Shown here piece after piece: positions 18,583 through 28,072 of a stretch of 64,000 nucleotides of DNA. A program made the position numbers and the translations under genes. The stretch is taken from the NCBI GenBank assembly GCA_013813265.1, contig JACCRY010000075.1, positions 150 to 64,149 on the forward strand. Reading direction: 5' to 3'. The first letter of the stretch is position 1; each line of letters begins with the position of its first letter. Source of the stretch: Parachlamydiaceae bacterium. GTDB taxonomy: Bacteria > Chlamydiota > Chlamydiia > Chlamydiales > Parachlamydiaceae. Under the pieces are notes generated by a model that worked only from the letters and a program-made list of their open reading frames with translations, was not told the origin of the DNA and did not search any database.

Positions 18583-20664
18583 TTAACCGCTTTTTTCATC
18601 TTGTTGATGGCGGCTGATGAATCCTTGAAATCCTTCAGTCTGTCGCAGATCGAACAGCCAATCATCATTCATAATTTCGTCAATTGGTGGAAGGGCTCCA
18701 AAGTGTTCCGCTTTTTCTAAAAAGAAAAGCGCTTCAGGATAATTCCCTATCAGGGAATAGAAACAGGCGCTGCTGTAGTACGCTTGAATACATCCAAGGG
18801 CAACTGCTTGGTGAAATTTAATTTCAGCCAGTTCAAAATAATGTCTGCTCTTATAGGGAAGGGCTGCATCGTGAACAAGTTCCGCTAAATTCAGTAAAGC
18901 CAATCCACATTCATTCCAAGCCATTTCATCTTCAGGATCTAAACTGATAATAACTTCAAACTGTTCAGCAGCTCTTCCTAGGCACTCTGCGTCAGAAATT
19001 CGTTCTCCTAAATGTAGCAAAGCGAGTGCTAAATTATAACGGGCGTGCGGGTGGCTAGGGTCAGTATGGAGAACTTTTTGCAAGACTTGGACAGATTTTT
19101 CATAATAAAGAGGGTCTTCTGAAAAATCCCCAAGAAAATCAAGAGCGCAACCGTAGTTATACAGAAGCTCTACATCGCATTCCTCTCTATTACCCCAACT
19201 ATTTTGCAAATTCATTGCGTTCTCAAATTTTTCAAGAGCGGATTCAATTGATTGTTTGTCTCCAAGGATTTCTCCCATCTTCATCAAAGCTACACCCCAA
19301 TCATTCCAACATTGCGCTTGTGATAAAGCTCCATTTTCCATAGCCCTTGCACATAATTGACAAGATTTTTCAATAAAGGACAGGTCATTTTTAAATTCTC
19401 CCAAGGCAAAATTGCTATAGGCAAGCCCATGCCAAAGCAATGCGGAATTTTTATTAAGGGCTAGCCCGTGCCGAAATTTTGCCATAGCTTCAAAGTAAAA
19501 ATTTTCATCGTTAAAATAACGGCCAAGCTCGTTGTAGCAGCAACCGAAGACATGCCAACCCATTTCATTTTCGGGATTCAGCGCAAGACTTTCAGCTATT
19601 TTACGCTCAGCATTTTTCAAGGATCCAATTTCTTCAGTAAACGTACCATACACCAGCAAAGCCTCTCCCCATGCACACAGTACCACCGGATGGTGTGCTT
19701 CAAGGGAATCGGCACGAGCAAATTTTTCAATACTGCCTCTAATAAGCTCGAGGTTTTCTTGTTGCTTTCCGCACTCTAACTGAAGTTGCCCCCATTTAAA
19801 CCAATACACCAACTGATTCGAGTCGAGCTTTGCTGCATTAAAGAAGCTTTTGTTAGCTCGAAGAAAATTATCTGAACCCCCAAAATTCTCAAAAAGAAGG
19901 GCATAGCTGAGCCCCAATGAAAACCAAGTTTCAGAACATTCGTGTGCGACAATGAGAGATTTTTGATAGAATTCGATAGCCTCCAGACAATAGCTTTCAC
20001 GACTAAGCAAACGGCCAAGTTGAAGATACACATCTCCCGAGTCTTTTAAAAAATCTGGGTCACTCATTTTTATATCCTGAATCAGACGATATTTTCCCAA
20101 GGCCTCGTAAAAGTCGACAGCTTCTCCACTTCGCTTAGCAACATGAAAGTGCGATTTCCCCCAATCCCAGAAAAATTGGACCCGAACGGCCTCTTTCTGC
20201 TCAATTGCAGCAGCTTCTATTTGGCGACACTTTTCAATAGCTCGAATGAAATAACTTTCATCTTCAACTAAAACTCCCTTATGTATCAAGGTCTGCAAAT
20301 AATCATGTGAGACCTCAAAAGCATCAGAATTAATCTGTAGAGCACGCTCAAACGCATCCAAAGCAGCAGTCATTCCGCGAATACTATGTTTTTGGCTTGC
20401 ATAAGCCTTTCCAGTCATATGCAAAACTTTGAAACTATCCCCGGCAACTTTTAAAGCTCTTTCAAAAAGATCAAAGGCTCTGGGATCGCTTTTGTTTAAA
20501 AGTTCCTTGCCCCACAAAATAAAAAATTGACCCAAAAGTTCTTTATCTGAAGGAGGAAGAGGCTGCCAAATTTCCGGTTTTTTAAATGGCTCTAAAGCTT
20601 CATAGTCATTAGTCGCTAAAATTTCATGAAGTTTATCAGAAAAAGAAAAATGATCTTTGGACAT
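18583..20664 (-). CDS. Tetratricopeptide (TPR) repeat protein
   Basis: 693 aa made almost entirely of ~34-aa helical repeats with the W/Y..G.A...G....A...F..A pattern. Confidence 0.75.
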   Translation of the reverse strand: MSKDHFSFSDKLHEILATNDYEALEPFKKPEIWQPLPPSDKELLGQFFILWGKELLNKSDPRAFDLFERALKVAGDSFKVLHMTGKAYASQKHSIRGMTAALDAFERALQINSDAFEVSHDYLQTLIHKGVLVEDESYFIRAIEKCRQIEAAAIEQKEAVRVQFFWDWGKSHFHVAKRSGEAVDFYEALGKYRLIQDIKMSDPDFLKDSGDVYLQLGRLLSRESYCLEAIEFYQKSLIVAHECSETWFSLGLSYALLFENFGGSDNFLRANKSFFNAAKLDSNQLVYWFKWGQLQLECGKQQENLELIRGSIEKFARADSLEAHHPVVLCAWGEALLVYGTFTEEIGSLKNAERKIAESLALNPENEMGWHVFGCCYNELGRYFNDENFYFEAMAKFRHGLALNKNSALLWHGLAYSNFALGEFKNDLSFIEKSCQLCARAMENGALSQAQCWNDWGVALMKMGEILGDKQSIESALEKFENAMNLQNSWGNREECDVELLYNYGCALDFLGDFSEDPLYYEKSVQVLQKVLHTDPSHPHARYNLALALLHLGERISDAECLGRAAEQFEVIISLDPEDEMAWNECGLALLNLAELVHDAALPYKSRHYFELAEIKFHQAVALGCIQAYYSSACFYSLIGNYPEALFFLEKAEHFGALPPIDEIMNDDWLFDLRQTEGFQGFISRHQQDEKSG

Positions 20665-20776
20665 AAACTTTTGAATCCTTTGAGTGAGCTATATTTCGTT
20701 AAAATCCAGAGTAACAAATACAAGCTTTTTAATCAATCGCAACTATTAAACGTAAAAGAAACGGTTTAATTGGCCA

Positions 20777-21553
20777 TTATTGTTTTTGTTGAATATGTGA
20801 ATTGATTTGCTGCCATTCAGGATGACATTGAACTAAAGAAAGAAGATCGTCAAGAGTAAAGTTAGGATTGTGAGGATAAATAGCTTTAATAAGAGTTTCA
20901 ATAAGGCGAAAATCATCTTCAGTATCAACAGTCCAACGAAATCGGGATTTATCTTCCTCTCCTGTTACAGATGAAAGTATAAATTGCTCAGGGTGTTTAT
21001 AAATAAACGCTGTCACATGTTCTCGATCTGAAGTGGATTTTGCCTCACGATCGGCGATTTTTAAACTTTCAAAAGAAAAAACCTCTACATCCAACCCTCG
21101 AGGATATGTTCGGATCAAAGTATTTGCAACATAATCAACTTTTGGATACTGCCGAAAATAAGAGGCTACAACTTTATCAATCACTTCAGGGTCTAATAGA
21201 GGACAATCGCCGGTGAGTCGCACAATGACGTCAGCTGAAAATTGCTGAGCTACACCTAAATAACGTCCTAGAACATCTTCAACTGCCCCCCGGTAACAAG
21301 GAATCGAATAAGCTTCACAAAATTCAGCAATTAGATCATCTTCTTTAAGCACCGTAGTTGCTACAACAATTTTTTTCAGCAATTGGGCCCGTTTGACTCT
21401 ATCGATAAGATATTCCAAAAGAGGCTTCCCCAAAACCTTCATCATGACTTTACCGGGTAAGCGCGTAGAACCCTGCCTGGCTTGAATAATTGCAACAACG
21501 TTCAAAGCACTGTGATTCAACAGATTAAGTTTATCAAGCAATTTAATCACCAT
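20777..21553 (-). CDS. SpsF / acylneuraminate-type cytidylyltransferase family protein
   Basis: N-terminal VVAIIQARQGSTRLPGKV motif. The internal ATG at 21553 (MVIKLL..) is preferred over track start 21634 because it leaves a divergent promoter gap. Confidence 0.7.
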   Translation of the reverse strand: MVIKLLDKLNLLNHSALNVVAIIQARQGSTRLPGKVMMKVLGKPLLEYLIDRVKRAQLLKKIVVATTVLKEDDLIAEFCEAYSIPCYRGAVEDVLGRYLGVAQQFSADVIVRLTGDCPLLDPEVIDKVVASYFRQYPKVDYVANTLIRTYPRGLDVEVFSFESLKIADREAKSTSDREHVTAFIYKHPEQFILSSVTGEEDKSRFRWTVDTEDDFRLIETLIKAIYPHNPNFTLDDLLSLVQCHPEWQQINSHIQQKQ

Positions 21554-21636
21554 TTTTGGGGTATGAGACTTGCACCTTAAATACATAGTATGCAAAATCA
21601 TTATGCACAACCTTTGAATACTATGGAGCGACAAAA

Positions 21637-23664
21637 ATGCGACGTTCGATTTGCTATTGCAACCCCAGCAGCACTTTAGCCGGTAAAGTCAACACCTGGA
21701 AATTTACTTATACAGCAGCAGTAAATCTTGCAAAAGGAACAAAGCTGACATTTGACCTTGAAAGCAGTGGCAGAGATATCGACTGGCAAATCCCGACTTC
21801 GGATCTTAAAGAAGATGTGAATGTCATTTATGGTAAATATGAAAATGGCAAGGTTGTACCCGCTAAAGAAATTGAAATTCCTGATCGTTTTACACCAAAA
21901 TTTGAATTTGTACTCCCTACAGAACTACCAGCAGGAAGCAGCTTCTTCATCATTATCGGCTCCCCTAAAGATAATCCAGCGACTGCAGTCAAATGTGGGA
22001 CACGGGCTCAAACGACTGCTCAAAGACGTCGTACGTTTTCTCTCGTAATCGAAATAGGTGGCAAGGGAAAATCAAAAACGAAAACCGAAGAAGAAGAAAT
22101 TTTCACCATGGATATCCGTGGCAGCGAACTTTGCAACATCGCCATTTTAACCCCCTCTTTTGTTGTTCGCAATAAGCGTTTTGACGCGATGGTTCGTTTC
22201 GAGGATCAATATGGAAACCTCACAAGTGAAGCTCCTCCTGAAACACTGATAGAGCTTTCTTATGAACATCTTCGAGAAAACCTCAACTGGAAACTATTCG
22301 TACCAGAAACTGGTTTCATTTCTTTGCCTAATCTCTATTTTAATGAACCAGGTTTCTACACCATCAAGCTCTTAAATACGCACACTAAAAAAACCTATTA
22401 TTCATCACCGATTAAATGCTTTCCCGAAACCTCTACAAGTCTATTTTGGGGGCTTTTGCATGGAGAATCAGAACGCATCGACTCAACAGAAAATATCGAA
22501 AATTGTTTGCGATATTTCCGTGATGACAAAGCTTATAATTTTTTTGCTTCCTCCCCATTTGAAAGTGTCGAAGAAACTTCTTTAGAAACGTGGAAATCAA
22601 TTTGCCAGCATCTCTCCGATTTTGATGAAGCAGATCGCTTTACAGCTATGGTTGGCTTTCAATGGAAAGGAGATAGCCCTCAAGAAGGACTAAGACAAAT
22701 TATCTATGCAAAAGACTCTCGAACACTTTTACGAAAAAAAGAAGCGAAATATAGCACTGTCGACAAAATCTATAAGAGCTTTGCTCCAAAAGAATTGATT
22801 TCTATCCCAAGTTTTACAATGGGTAAAGGGATGGGATACGATTTCCACGACTATAACCCGGATTTTGAACGCTTGATAGAAATTTATAATGCTTGGGGAT
22901 CTTCTGAGTGCAGCAAAAAAGAGGGCAATCTGCGCCCAATTTCTGCTCAAAGTAAAAAAGGCGTCCAAGAGTTCCCTTCAGGCTCCATTCAAAAAGCTCT
23001 TCTGCGCAATTGTCGCTTTGGTTTTGTTGCGGGTGGCTTGGATGATCGCGGTGCTTTTGCTGAGCTGTTTGATAGCGATCAGGAACAATATTCTCCAGGA
23101 TTAACAGCAATTATAGCAAATGAACACTCTAGATCCGCTCTCTTTGATGCCCTCTATAACCGATCTTGCTATGCAACAACTGGGGCTCGCATCATTGTTG
23201 GCTTTAATCTTGCTTCATATAAAATGGGATCCGAAACAAGTACTGCACAAAAATATGGCTTTTTATCAAACCGCCACCTTCATGGCTTTGTTGCCGGAAC
23301 AACGAATCTAGAAAAAGTTGAGATTATTCGAAATGGGATTGTCATAAAGACTTTCACTCCAAATAAATATGAATTTGAATTTTCCTACGATGACATGGAT
23401 TCACTAGCAAATGTTGCTTTAGATGCTAAAGATAAAAAACCTCCTTTTGTATTTTACTACCTTCGTGTTCTTCAAGCAGACGGCCATATGGCTTGGAGCT
23501 CTCCAATTTGGGTCGATTATATCCCTGTAACCGCTACCGGTAAGAGCACAATTAAATTGCGTCCTGCCAAAGCGCCCAAACCGCTCTTAGATTTTAGTGA
23601 GGATGACCTTTCTGAGGAGCTCGATCTTGAAGAGGATGAAAGCGATATACCAGATGAGGATTAA
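21637..23664 (+). CDS. DUF3604-like protein with acidic C-terminal tail
   Basis: 675 aa. The late segment YYLRVLQADGHMAWSSPIWVDY resembles the DUF3604 C-terminal signature as I remember it. Tail DFSEDDLSEELDLEEDESDIPDED. Confidence 0.35.
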   Translation: MRRSICYCNPSSTLAGKVNTWKFTYTAAVNLAKGTKLTFDLESSGRDIDWQIPTSDLKEDVNVIYGKYENGKVVPAKEIEIPDRFTPKFEFVLPTELPAGSSFFIIIGSPKDNPATAVKCGTRAQTTAQRRRTFSLVIEIGGKGKSKTKTEEEEIFTMDIRGSELCNIAILTPSFVVRNKRFDAMVRFEDQYGNLTSEAPPETLIELSYEHLRENLNWKLFVPETGFISLPNLYFNEPGFYTIKLLNTHTKKTYYSSPIKCFPETSTSLFWGLLHGESERIDSTENIENCLRYFRDDKAYNFFASSPFESVEETSLETWKSICQHLSDFDEADRFTAMVGFQWKGDSPQEGLRQIIYAKDSRTLLRKKEAKYSTVDKIYKSFAPKELISIPSFTMGKGMGYDFHDYNPDFERLIEIYNAWGSSECSKKEGNLRPISAQSKKGVQEFPSGSIQKALLRNCRFGFVAGGLDDRGAFAELFDSDQEQYSPGLTAIIANEHSRSALFDALYNRSCYATTGARIIVGFNLASYKMGSETSTAQKYGFLSNRHLHGFVAGTTNLEKVEIIRNGIVIKTFTPNKYEFEFSYDDMDSLANVALDAKDKKPPFVFYYLRVLQADGHMAWSSPIWVDYIPVTATGKSTIKLRPAKAPKPLLDFSEDDLSEELDLEEDESDIPDED

Positions 23665-23666
23665 TC

Positions 23667-23885
23667 ATGTTTATTCAAACTGCTGCTATTGCTTTTGTCA
23701 TTGTTCTCATCGCGATGGCACTTCTTGGTATCGGTTGGCTTTTAACTGGAAAACCTAGAATCCAACCCGGAGCTTGTGGAAGAGCGCCTACTCAAAAAAA
23801 AACACGCACAGATGAGTGTGGTCAAAAGGCTTCTTGTCAGCTTTGCGAGCATGATAAGAAGAAATCTCCGGGACACGATGAATGA
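23667..23885 (+). CDS. Small membrane protein, NqrM-like (Na+-NQR maturation, DUF539)
   Basis: 72 aa. One N-terminal TM followed by a Cys-rich segment GACG...ECG...SCQLCE. Lies next to ubiE/menG. Assigned from the remembered architecture only. Confidence 0.4.
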   Translation: MFIQTAAIAFVIVLIAMALLGIGWLLTGKPRIQPGACGRAPTQKKTRTDECGQKASCQLCEHDKKKSPGHDE

Positions 23886-24616
23886 CACTTTATGACAAGC
23901 AGCGACCTGAAACAATTCAATCGATGTTTGGCAGTATTGCGAATAGCTATGATAAAACAAATGCAGTGCTTTCTTTTCAGCTACATCGACTATGGAACCG
24001 CAAGCTTGTCAATGCTACAGTTAAACAAGCAAAAAGCCGTTCTTGTGTTGTTGCAGACCTCTGTTGTGGTACCGGGGCCATCACATTGCCATGGCTTAGA
24101 ATTAAAAATGCACAGCATACAGCTTATCTAATCGACTTTTGTCCGGAAATGCTAGAATGTGCTAAGGATAAGGCTTCTACTTTAAAGCTTGCTCCATTTC
24201 ATACCATTCATTATATCAAGGCCGATGTTCAAGAATTACCTCTTGAGGTTGCGACAGTAGATTACGCAACTCTCGCCTATGGCATTCGAAATGTAGAATC
24301 ACCTCTAAAATGCTTCCACGAAGTCTTTCGTGTTATGAAGAGTGGGGGGACATTTGGTATTTTAGAGCTCACAGAACCGGATAATTCTGTTTTGCGTTTT
24401 GGCCATCATCTTTACTTGAGACTATTACTTCCTGTCTTTGGGAAACTTTTTGCTAAGAACGGCGATGCTTATAAATATTTAAGTCAAAGCATTCAAACAT
24501 TCGTCAAACCAGCTGAGCTGAAGCTTCTTCTAGAAGAAGCAGGGTTTAGCGAGGTGCAGGTGCGCCCTCTTTCAGGTGGCATTGCCACCTTGTTCATCGC
24601 GACCAAGCCAGTTTAA
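23882..24616 (+). CDS. ubiE: Demethylmenaquinone / ubiquinone C-methyltransferase
   Basis: 244 aa. N-terminal MFGSIANSYDKTN..LSF..HRLWR-like motif and SAM motif DLCCGTG. 4-nt overlap with the upstream ORF. Confidence 0.8.
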   Translation: MTLYDKQRPETIQSMFGSIANSYDKTNAVLSFQLHRLWNRKLVNATVKQAKSRSCVVADLCCGTGAITLPWLRIKNAQHTAYLIDFCPEMLECAKDKASTLKLAPFHTIHYIKADVQELPLEVATVDYATLAYGIRNVESPLKCFHEVFRVMKSGGTFGILELTEPDNSVLRFGHHLYLRLLLPVFGKLFAKNGDAYKYLSQSIQTFVKPAELKLLLEEAGFSEVQVRPLSGGIATLFIATKPV

Positions 24617-24679
24617 GCATTCTTTCAGCCAGTAGAGTATAATCTATTAGCATGCCAATTAATGTTTCTTTAAATGCAA

Positions 24680-24897
24680 TGTCACAGGCCTTTAGCCTAA
24701 GGGTGGTTGTCTAGTTTACCTAGGGCGATACCATATAATAAGGAAGGCCTTCAGCCTGCTAAGGCACTTCATGACTTCATGTACATGTAAGTGTACGTCT
24801 TGGAAACATCCTCAGGCTGAAGGCCTTCCTTATTACAGCCTAGGGCATCGCCCTTGGTATAGCCAAAACATGATTTTCAGGCTGAAGGCCTGTCACA
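24680..24897. repeat. 218-bp imperfect palindrome containing four AGGCCTT(C/T)AGCCT units
   Basis: TGTCACAGGCC...AATAAGGAAGGCCTTCAGCCTG // CAGGCTGAAGGCCTTCCTTATT...GGCCTGTCACA. Inner 22-nt arms are perfect. CCTAGGGCGATACC pairs with the near-palindromic CCTAGGGCATCGCCC (similar on both strands). Confidence 0.85.
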
Positions 24898-25040
24898 CAA
24901 GAACTAAGATTAACATTATATGTCGATATGTTCATTTGTAATATTAGAATGAAAAAGCACGCTTGAAGATTAAATGATCATTGACTTATTTTTTCTATGT
25001 CGTTAAACTCTAGATTTACAAATTAACTAACGCCGGAAAG

Positions 25041-25460
25041 ATGAATATATTTTTAAATACAATACGTAATTTAATCTCTTATTCTAGGATAGGTCTTCAT
25101 GTCAAATTTGTATGCATTTCATTTTTTCTTTTAGCCTTAAGTAAATTGTTAATTGATGGAATATACGTCGTAAACAAAGGAATTCATTTATGTAATTCCG
25201 AATTGATGGTATTTGATTTAATTCTTCTCTGCCCTCCATTTTTCATTTGTTCATGCATATTAAAAAGAAAAAAATGGGCGTATATGGGTAGCCTTATTTT
25301 TTCTCCCATCTATTTTCTTTTTGGAGCATTGAGTATTGTGGACTCTATGTTTGCTCCTTCAATAATTGATCAGATGTTTGCTATAATGCTAGGGATTGTA
25401 TTTATCTATCCCATGTTTGTATTCTTTCAAATATCATACATTAAATATTACGAAGTTTAA
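25041..25460 (+). CDS. Hypothetical polytopic membrane protein
   Basis: 139 aa with four hydrophobic segments. No motif recognised. Confidence 0.45.
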   Translation: MNIFLNTIRNLISYSRIGLHVKFVCISFFLLALSKLLIDGIYVVNKGIHLCNSELMVFDLILLCPPFFICSCILKRKKWAYMGSLIFSPIYFLFGALSIVDSMFAPSIIDQMFAIMLGIVFIYPMFVFFQISYIKYYEV

Positions 25461-25505
25461 TAAAGTTATTTAGTCCAAGAGCACTGAGGAAGTTTACCAG
25501 GTCTA

Positions 25506-28070
25506 TTAATAATCATGCTTCCACTTTAGATGAAGATGTCCTTGGGCGTCATCTCCTACTTCCGCTTGCACCTTTACGTTTTTCGTGACATTTGCCTCAA
25601 TGCCAATTCGATTCGATGTCGCGTCTCGTTTGATCCCAAGAAATAACTCCGGCAAAATATATTTTCCGACCTGTACAGACCTTTTATCATCTTTCCCTTC
25701 ACCATTGTGAAAGTCAATTCTGTCAATTCCCAGACTCTCCTTAAAGCGTGTGAGAAATGTTGAATTACTTCCACCTGAATTCTTAAGCTCATTAATTGAC
25801 TGTGTTAATTCAGACCCTTGGAATGGCGTGATGTCTCCCATACCCCTTCCAAAAAGGATCCATGACAAAATCTCAGTTTGCGATAAAGGGGGAGTTGAAC
25901 GAAATAAAAGAGAAGGATTAATTAAGGGACCTTTAAGAACCACATTCGCAACAATTGGACCAATTTCCATTTCACCCACAACATAGAGGAGAGTTTCCTT
26001 AGACATATCTCCAGCAAAGGAAATCGAACCTTCAGAAATTTTAAATTTTTTCCCATTGAAAAGATAGTCACCATTTAAAACACGAAAGTCACCATGAAGT
26101 AAAGGTTGAGTGGCACAGCCCGTAACCTTAACATCCCCTTTCCACTCAGAACTAAGTTCTTTGCTGTGGATAAATATCCCCCCCTTATTCTGTACATGAA
26201 AGTCAAAACAAATGGGCCAATCTACTCCAGGCTTAGTGATTTGAGTGGGAGGTAATTCTCTTACACTTTGATTTTTATAGATAACTTCAATATTATGGTT
26301 AATTGCAGAAGGCTTTTCAGTTAATATAATATCTAACTCATTAGCTGCAAACTCTCCTTTTAAGGTTGCTCCCTTACTATCACCCGAAAATATTGCATCA
26401 CCAGACAGTACAGCTTCAATATCATCCAAGCTGATGAGGGCACAATGATTTAAAGACAAATTGACACGAAAAGGATAATCTTTATTAGCGGACAAATCAA
26501 AAGCTCCCGTAGCAGCAATTCTTCCACCCTGATAATCAAAGGCCGATAAAGTTTTAAGCGAAATTCTGTCATTCGTAAAAAGCAACTCGCCATCAATGCT
26601 GTGAAGTATAGTTCCTGTTTCCCAAGATTCTAATCCCCCATTTTTTAATTTCGCGTGACCTAATAATAAAGGCTTATGAAAAGGACCCATGATATCAAAA
26701 ACATAGGAAGCCTCACCTGTCATCCAACATTTTGTAGAAATAAATGCATGGATATAACGAGAAATGTCGACATTACCGCTAAGGCGGATTGACATGCCAT
26801 CACTCTCAGAAGGCTCTATTAAAAGGGCGCTTTTTCGCGAAACAGGACAACTCCCATTCACTTTAAAAAGATTAACATTGCGATCTGACAACTCTCCTTG
26901 AAAATCTATCGTCTTGCCTAGGAGCCTTCCTGACAATCTGGCTTGAAATAAGGCTGCTTTTTCAAGCGAAGGATGATCGATTGAAACTGTATCCGCATTG
27001 AGCTCAACACGTGCCTGCAGATCCGAAAAAGTCCCTTGTAATAATAACGTTCCTGAAAGGATACCCATAATAGGGAACGGCACCTGCTCAACTGAAGTAG
27101 ATTCAAATGGCTGTTTTGGCAATTCAAATTTTAGATCCACCGTATCGAAACCGGCATTTCCTGAAAGAACAATTTCTTTCTTATCAAGGATAAAGTGACC
27201 GTACGCAAGATCTACGTGTAAATTTTCTCGAAGTTGAAGCACTAATGGATTTTTAAGTTGCAATGAATGTGCATCCGATGACAAATGAAATTGATCTAAT
27301 TGAAATAATGTAGGGGAAAATGAGCCAGAAAAATCTATAAGAAAAGGATCTTCATATAAGCCTGTCGCAGAAATCTTATAAGCCCAAATTTGCGAATGAT
27401 TTTCATTGGTCGTCTCTACAGAAACTTTCGAAAGTGAAATTCCATTTGTAGACAGCTCTTTAGCCTTTACGGAACAGCCCCCTTCATTAAGATCCGTATT
27501 CCATACCCCATTGGCTCGAACTTCACTCAGTAGTGAATCCTTTACATTAACAAGAGGAAAGGTCGATGTGAAAGTATAGAGAGAAGACTCCTTGTTTGGA
27601 AGGGAAACAGCCACTTTACCCCCATTCAACGAATAAGGAAATTCACTTTTTGTAGATTCAAGAAGAATGATATCTCCATTAAATCCATCTGTGCCGTTCC
27701 ATAAAATCGATGTCTTTATATTTTCTGGAAGGGCTGCAAGTTCAGAATGCTCAGATGATAAACCTTCCAAACGGATAGTACCCCCTTTCAAAGACCCCAG
27801 AAATGCCTTAACCAAAGAAAACTTAACAATGATTTTTTCCGCTTTTATTTCGCCATACTTGGAGTTTTCGTAAGTTACATTTTTCAATACAATAGAACGA
27901 GGGAAATCAAACTCAACATCAGCAATCTTAAAATCCTGCCCCGTTTTAAGCTTGAGTTCATTTTGCATCCATACTTTTATCGTTTTGCGAGTGCTTTCTT
28001 GATTTAAAAGAAAGATGCAAACGACAAAAGCGATGACACAAATAGAAATAAAAATGCGAATCTTATTCAT
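25506..28070 (-). CDS. tamB: Translocation and assembly module protein TamB (DUF490)
   Basis: 854 aa. N-terminal anchor, long beta-rich body, and a DUF490-like C-terminus (VQVGKYILPELFLGIKRD ... HLHLKWKHDY). Immediately downstream of the Omp85 gene. Confidence 0.75.
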   Translation of the reverse strand: MNKIRIFISICVIAFVVCIFLLNQESTRKTIKVWMQNELKLKTGQDFKIADVEFDFPRSIVLKNVTYENSKYGEIKAEKIIVKFSLVKAFLGSLKGGTIRLEGLSSEHSELAALPENIKTSILWNGTDGFNGDIILLESTKSEFPYSLNGGKVAVSLPNKESSLYTFTSTFPLVNVKDSLLSEVRANGVWNTDLNEGGCSVKAKELSTNGISLSKVSVETTNENHSQIWAYKISATGLYEDPFLIDFSGSFSPTLFQLDQFHLSSDAHSLQLKNPLVLQLRENLHVDLAYGHFILDKKEIVLSGNAGFDTVDLKFELPKQPFESTSVEQVPFPIMGILSGTLLLQGTFSDLQARVELNADTVSIDHPSLEKAALFQARLSGRLLGKTIDFQGELSDRNVNLFKVNGSCPVSRKSALLIEPSESDGMSIRLSGNVDISRYIHAFISTKCWMTGEASYVFDIMGPFHKPLLLGHAKLKNGGLESWETGTILHSIDGELLFTNDRISLKTLSAFDYQGGRIAATGAFDLSANKDYPFRVNLSLNHCALISLDDIEAVLSGDAIFSGDSKGATLKGEFAANELDIILTEKPSAINHNIEVIYKNQSVRELPPTQITKPGVDWPICFDFHVQNKGGIFIHSKELSSEWKGDVKVTGCATQPLLHGDFRVLNGDYLFNGKKFKISEGSISFAGDMSKETLLYVVGEMEIGPIVANVVLKGPLINPSLLFRSTPPLSQTEILSWILFGRGMGDITPFQGSELTQSINELKNSGGSNSTFLTRFKESLGIDRIDFHNGEGKDDKRSVQVGKYILPELFLGIKRDATSNRIGIEANVTKNVKVQAEVGDDAQGHLHLKWKHDY

Positions 28071-28072
28071 AT

